A stretch of DNA of 62,944 nucleotides, filler included. It is 7 parts of 7 records of this genome, joined end to end, with 100 filler letters (N's around TTAATTAATTAA, not from the genome) between each part and the next. Parts side by side here need not be neighbours in the genome. Positions count along the whole stretch, not along the records: positions 56,457 to 62,944 come from SRR31156797_12513; 6 more parts are not named here. One strand, 5' to 3'. The notes beneath the pieces are model-generated. The model saw only the letters and a program-made list of their open reading frames with translations. It had not been told where the DNA came from and ran no database searches. Below are positions 59,837-62,944 of the stretch, one piece after another. The stretch's first letter is position 1; each line of letters starts with the position of its first letter. The translations under genes were made by a program, and so were the position numbers.

Positions 59837-59923
59837 AACATCATTTTTTATAAAACGCTCATGCGCAAAAATTGTTATTCGCAGCAAATTAAACTTATAT
59901 TTAAAGCTGTTTAAACTTACAAA

Positions 59924-60469
59924 ATGTTATTAAAAGATTTGTTAAGCGTACGTCAAAGTGTTCGAAGTTATAAAAATAAACCGGTTTCGCGAGATGTTAT
60001 TCAACAACTTATTAATGCTGTACACATTGCTCCTTCGGCATGCAACTCGCAACCATGGAAGCTTATAATTGTTGATAACCATGAACTAAAAAACAAGGTT
60101 GCACGGGCGACCTACAATAAGGTTGTATCGTTTAATAAGTTTGCCAAAGATGCTCCCGTAATTACCGTTTTTGTTATTGAGAAAGCAAAGTTAGTTGCCC
60201 AAGTTGGCGGAACAATAAAAAGCCAGGAATATCCACAATATGACATTGGGATTGCAGCTGAACATTTTTGCTTACAAGCAACAGAATTAGGACTTGGCAC
60301 CTGCATGCTTGGCTGGTTTAACGAGAAAATGGTAAAAAAACTCCTGAACATTCCTAAAAACAGGAAGATAGGTTTACTCGTAACATTGGGCTATGCTCCG
60401 GACGATTACAAACAACGAAAAAAAATCCGTAAACCAAAAGACGAAATTTACAGATTTAATTCTTATTAA
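59924..60469 (+). CDS. Nitroreductase family protein
   Basis: RQSVRSY, APSACNSQPW, DIGIA, LGLGTC.LG. Confidence 0.92.
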   Translation: MLLKDLLSVRQSVRSYKNKPVSRDVIQQLINAVHIAPSACNSQPWKLIIVDNHELKNKVARATYNKVVSFNKFAKDAPVITVFVIEKAKLVAQVGGTIKSQEYPQYDIGIAAEHFCLQATELGLGTCMLGWFNEKMVKKLLNIPKNRKIGLLVTLGYAPDDYKQRKKIRKPKDEIYRFNSY

Positions 60470-60477
60470 ATTTCTTA

Positions 60478-61620
60478 TTATTTTCTGTACACCCAAACTT
60501 CAGATCCGGAATTTTGTTCCAGGTATTGTACTTTAGCTTTCTCTGCTTCTGCAAAACTATTATAGGTACCTATACCAACAATATAAAAACGCCCTTTCAT
60601 CCCAACATGAAATGCGTCAAATCCTTTCGATTTTAGCTCATTCAGGTAATTGTCTGCGTTCTCTTTAACCGAAAAACTTCCTCCCACCAAATAATACTTG
60701 GGTCCATTATCATTTTGAATTTCCTCGGTTTGAATTTCCGGCGTAGCAACTGAATCGATAACAATGGTAGTATCAACAGCGTTCGTACCAACTGAATCTT
60801 TCAGAACAGAATTTTGAACAAGTTCCTTTTCTGGCTCCTCTGGTTGAACAACTATGTCGTTTTCAATTCTGTTCTTATCTGATTTACCATGATCAAATCC
60901 ACGCAAAAAAACAAATACTGAAATCCCAATTAAAGGAACCAGAACCAACAATAACAACCAACCTCTTTTTTTCTTTTTTTCATCATATTCTTGCGCATCA
61001 ATACCGGAAGGTGTTGTTATAACTTTTTCTTTATCAACTACATTATCTGCTTCTGCTTCCTCCAGAATTAAGACTTTACTTTCCTCAAATTTTTCTTCTC
61101 CGCTACTATCAGCAACCAACTCCTCTTCTGGTTCGTATTTTTCGTCATGGGCAGAATTTTCAACTACAATAACCGACTCTGACTTTACGGACTCTTCCTG
61201 TTCTTTTTCTTCATTAATTATTGTTGTTTCAAGACCAAACGAATCAAGCAACATATTTTCTTCAAACCTTGCATTAAATCCTATCGATCCGTCTTCGTTA
61301 TGGAATAGTACACCTACCTCGCTTATTTCTACCTTTTCTCCACTATCCAGTTTATATAGAATTTCTTCTCGTTCCTTCTCAATTTTTTTTAAAGCATCAA
61401 AATGTGAAATACGCTGTTTTTCTGCAACATATCCCACCAGCAATCCATCATTATTCCGAATTTGAGGATTAAACGAAATCATTTTTGACGGTGGTTTTAT
61501 TTCATCGCTGTCTTCAACTATTTCTGCTGGCTGATACGTCGATATAAAAGCACCAAAACCGGGAATAATAACGACTTCGTTCTCAAGTAGCAGCGTATGT
61601 ATATATTTTCCGAAATTCAT
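60478..61620 (-). CDS. SPOR-domain membrane protein with N-terminal HU-like (CCDC81-type) domains
   Basis: VIIPGFGAF, PPS..I.FN...NDGLL, acidic linker, one TM, YYLVGGSF...NA SPOR domain. Confidence 0.85.
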   Translation of the reverse strand: MNFGKYIHTLLLENEVVIIPGFGAFISTYQPAEIVEDSDEIKPPSKMISFNPQIRNNDGLLVGYVAEKQRISHFDALKKIEKEREEILYKLDSGEKVEISEVGVLFHNEDGSIGFNARFEENMLLDSFGLETTIINEEKEQEESVKSESVIVVENSAHDEKYEPEEELVADSSGEEKFEESKVLILEEAEADNVVDKEKVITTPSGIDAQEYDEKKKKRGWLLLLVLVPLIGISVFVFLRGFDHGKSDKNRIENDIVVQPEEPEKELVQNSVLKDSVGTNAVDTTIVIDSVATPEIQTEEIQNDNGPKYYLVGGSFSVKENADNYLNELKSKGFDAFHVGMKGRFYIVGIGTYNSFAEAEKAKVQYLEQNSGSEVWVYRK

Positions 61621-61934
61621 TTGTTTATAGAAAACCTAAAAAGTTTATAATTCTGCCCATTGCAATGCCTTGTTCTTTTTCAAACCATGTACATAAGCAG
61701 ATGGAATTCGCATTACAAAGTTATTCACATTCCAACCGAATAACTCAGTCCTTAAACAATAAGGTGTTAGAATGCTCATTTCAATGAAAAATTTTGGCTG
61801 TAAAATTAAGAAACCTACGGGAATTACGCTAATCTTCATAAATTTAAGTTTTTACAAATCGTTACGCACGAAACATAAAAAGATGACTTTTATGAAGTGA
61901 TTTTTCCTACATTTACGATTCAAACCAAAAAGAA

Positions 61935-62944
61935 ATGACAAAAAAAATCTTAGTTACTGGAGGAACCGGATATATTGGTTCGCACACAGTAGTAGAATTA
62001 CAGGAGTCGGGCTATGAAGTAGTTATTATCGACGACCTTTCAAACTCAAGTATCGATGTTCTGGATAACATTGAAAAGATAACAGGAATTAAACCACAAT
62101 TTGAACAGTTCAACCTGGCCGATAAAGAAAAAACCACTGACTTTTTCAAACGAAACAAAGAAATTGAAGCCATTATTCATTTTGCGGCATTTAAAGCTGT
62201 TGGTGAATCTGTTGACATTCCTTTGGGCTATTACCGCAACAATTTGGTATCGCTTATGAACCTTCTGGACTGTCAGCGCGAATTCAATGTGCCAAATATT
62301 GTATTCTCATCATCCTGTACTGTTTACGGACAACCCGATAAATTACCCGTGACAGAAGCGACTCCTCGCAAAGATGCGGAATCTCCTTATGGTAATACCA
62401 AGCGAGTTAGTGAGGACATCTTGTGCGATAGCGTTGCTGCTTATCCTGATATTAAAGCCATTGCTTTGCGCTATTTTAATCCAATTGGTGCGCATTCATC
62501 AGCTCTAATTGGCGAACTTCCGCTTGGTGTTCCACAAAACCTTGTGCCATTTATTACACAAACGGCTGCAGGTATACGCCAGGAACTTAAAGTTTTTGGT
62601 AACGACTACAATACTCCTGACGGATCAGCTATCCGCGACTACATTAACGTGGTTGACCTTGCCAAAGCTCATGTTATTGCAATTGAGCGCTTGTTGAAAG
62701 GCAAGAACAAGGAAAACTATGAGATTTTTAATTTGGGAACAGGTAATGGTTTATCGGTACTACAGGTAGTAAATGGTTTCGAAAGATCAACAGGTATTAA
62801 GTTAAATTACAAAATTGTTGAACGCCGTTCGGGAGATGTGGAACAAATCTGGGCCGACACAACATATGCCAATGAAGAATTGGGCTGGAAAGCAGAAAAA
62901 GGTCTGGACGAAACTTTACTTTCGGCCTGGAACTGGGAGAAAAA
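61935..62944 (+). CDS. galE: UDP-glucose 4-epimerase (runs off the window end; absent from ORF track)
   Basis: Manual translation: MTKKILVTGGTGYIGSHT..., HFAAFKAVGES, FSSSCTVYG, YGNTK, LRYFNPIGAH. Confidence 0.95.
   Translation, partial: MTKKILVTGGTGYIGSHTVVELQESGYEVVIIDDLSNSSIDVLDNIEKITGIKPQFEQFNLADKEKTTDFFKRNKEIEAIIHFAAFKAVGESVDIPLGYYRNNLVSLMNLLDCQREFNVPNIVFSSSCTVYGQPDKLPVTEATPRKDAESPYGNTKRVSEDILCDSVAAYPDIKAIALRYFNPIGAHSSALIGELPLGVPQNLVPFITQTAAGIRQELKVFGNDYNTPDGSAIRDYINVVDLAKAHVIAIERLLKGKNKENYEIFNLGTGNGLSVLQVVNGFERSTGIKLNYKIVERRSGDVEQIWADTTYANEELGWKAEKGLDETLLSAWNWEK

Noticed and set aside
61645-61839. 64-aa minus-strand ORF between the SPOR gene and galE
   Set aside because: No motif; it lies in an AT-rich divergent promoter region.
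1-62944. tRNA, rRNA, CRISPR arrays, transposases, integrases, phage genes
   Set aside because: None recognised by eye in any segment; a covariance-model scan would be needed to exclude divergent RNAs.

Overview
This window is not one genomic locus. It contains seven unrelated contigs joined by six artificial 100-nt spacers (44 N + TTAATTAATTAA + 44 N). Taxa below are inferred from gene content and composition. (1) 1-8840, GC-rich and Spirochaetota-like: DUF4125/DUF4037 pair, DMT transporter, ACT + UPF0210, a compact cheY-cheX-[membrane-bound c-heme CheA-like kinase]-cytochrome P460 operon, and a dienelactone hydrolase. (2) 8941-17836, Desulfobacterota-like: Liv-type ABC genes, degenerate PaaK, RhlE helicase, redox/stress genes and a MITE. 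(3) 17937-29675, Desulfobacterota-like: a truncated PD-(D/E)xK defence-type nuclease, arsC, PLP dehydratase, PAS kinase, radA, trxA, trxB, bamD, split purH, tatD, ftsK. (4) 29776-35560, Desulfobacterota-like: a two-component sigma54 system with enhancer palindrome, sigma54 promoter, an unannotated stand-alone Fis-type HTH microprotein and an ABC binding protein. (5) 35661-46398, Bacteroidota: aroQ, pnuC/NadR-like kinase, S41 protease, Fe/B12 ABC, TlpA, pabAB, ppdK. (6) 46499-56356, Spirochaetota-like: tandem MerR genes and a LacI-regulated HAD/PHP/AfuABC-like/epimerase locus with three operator copies. (7) 56457-62944, Bacteroidota: mtnA-mtnP, a candidate sigma54-driven sRNA, dodecin, DoxX, nitroreductase, SPOR protein, galE. 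No rRNA, tRNA, CRISPR array or transposase was seen. The best candidate for an undescribed system is the heme-sensing, receptor-independent CheA-like kinase operon coupled to a cytochrome P460 lipoprotein (4346-7903). All family assignments come from motif recognition by eye, not from database searches.
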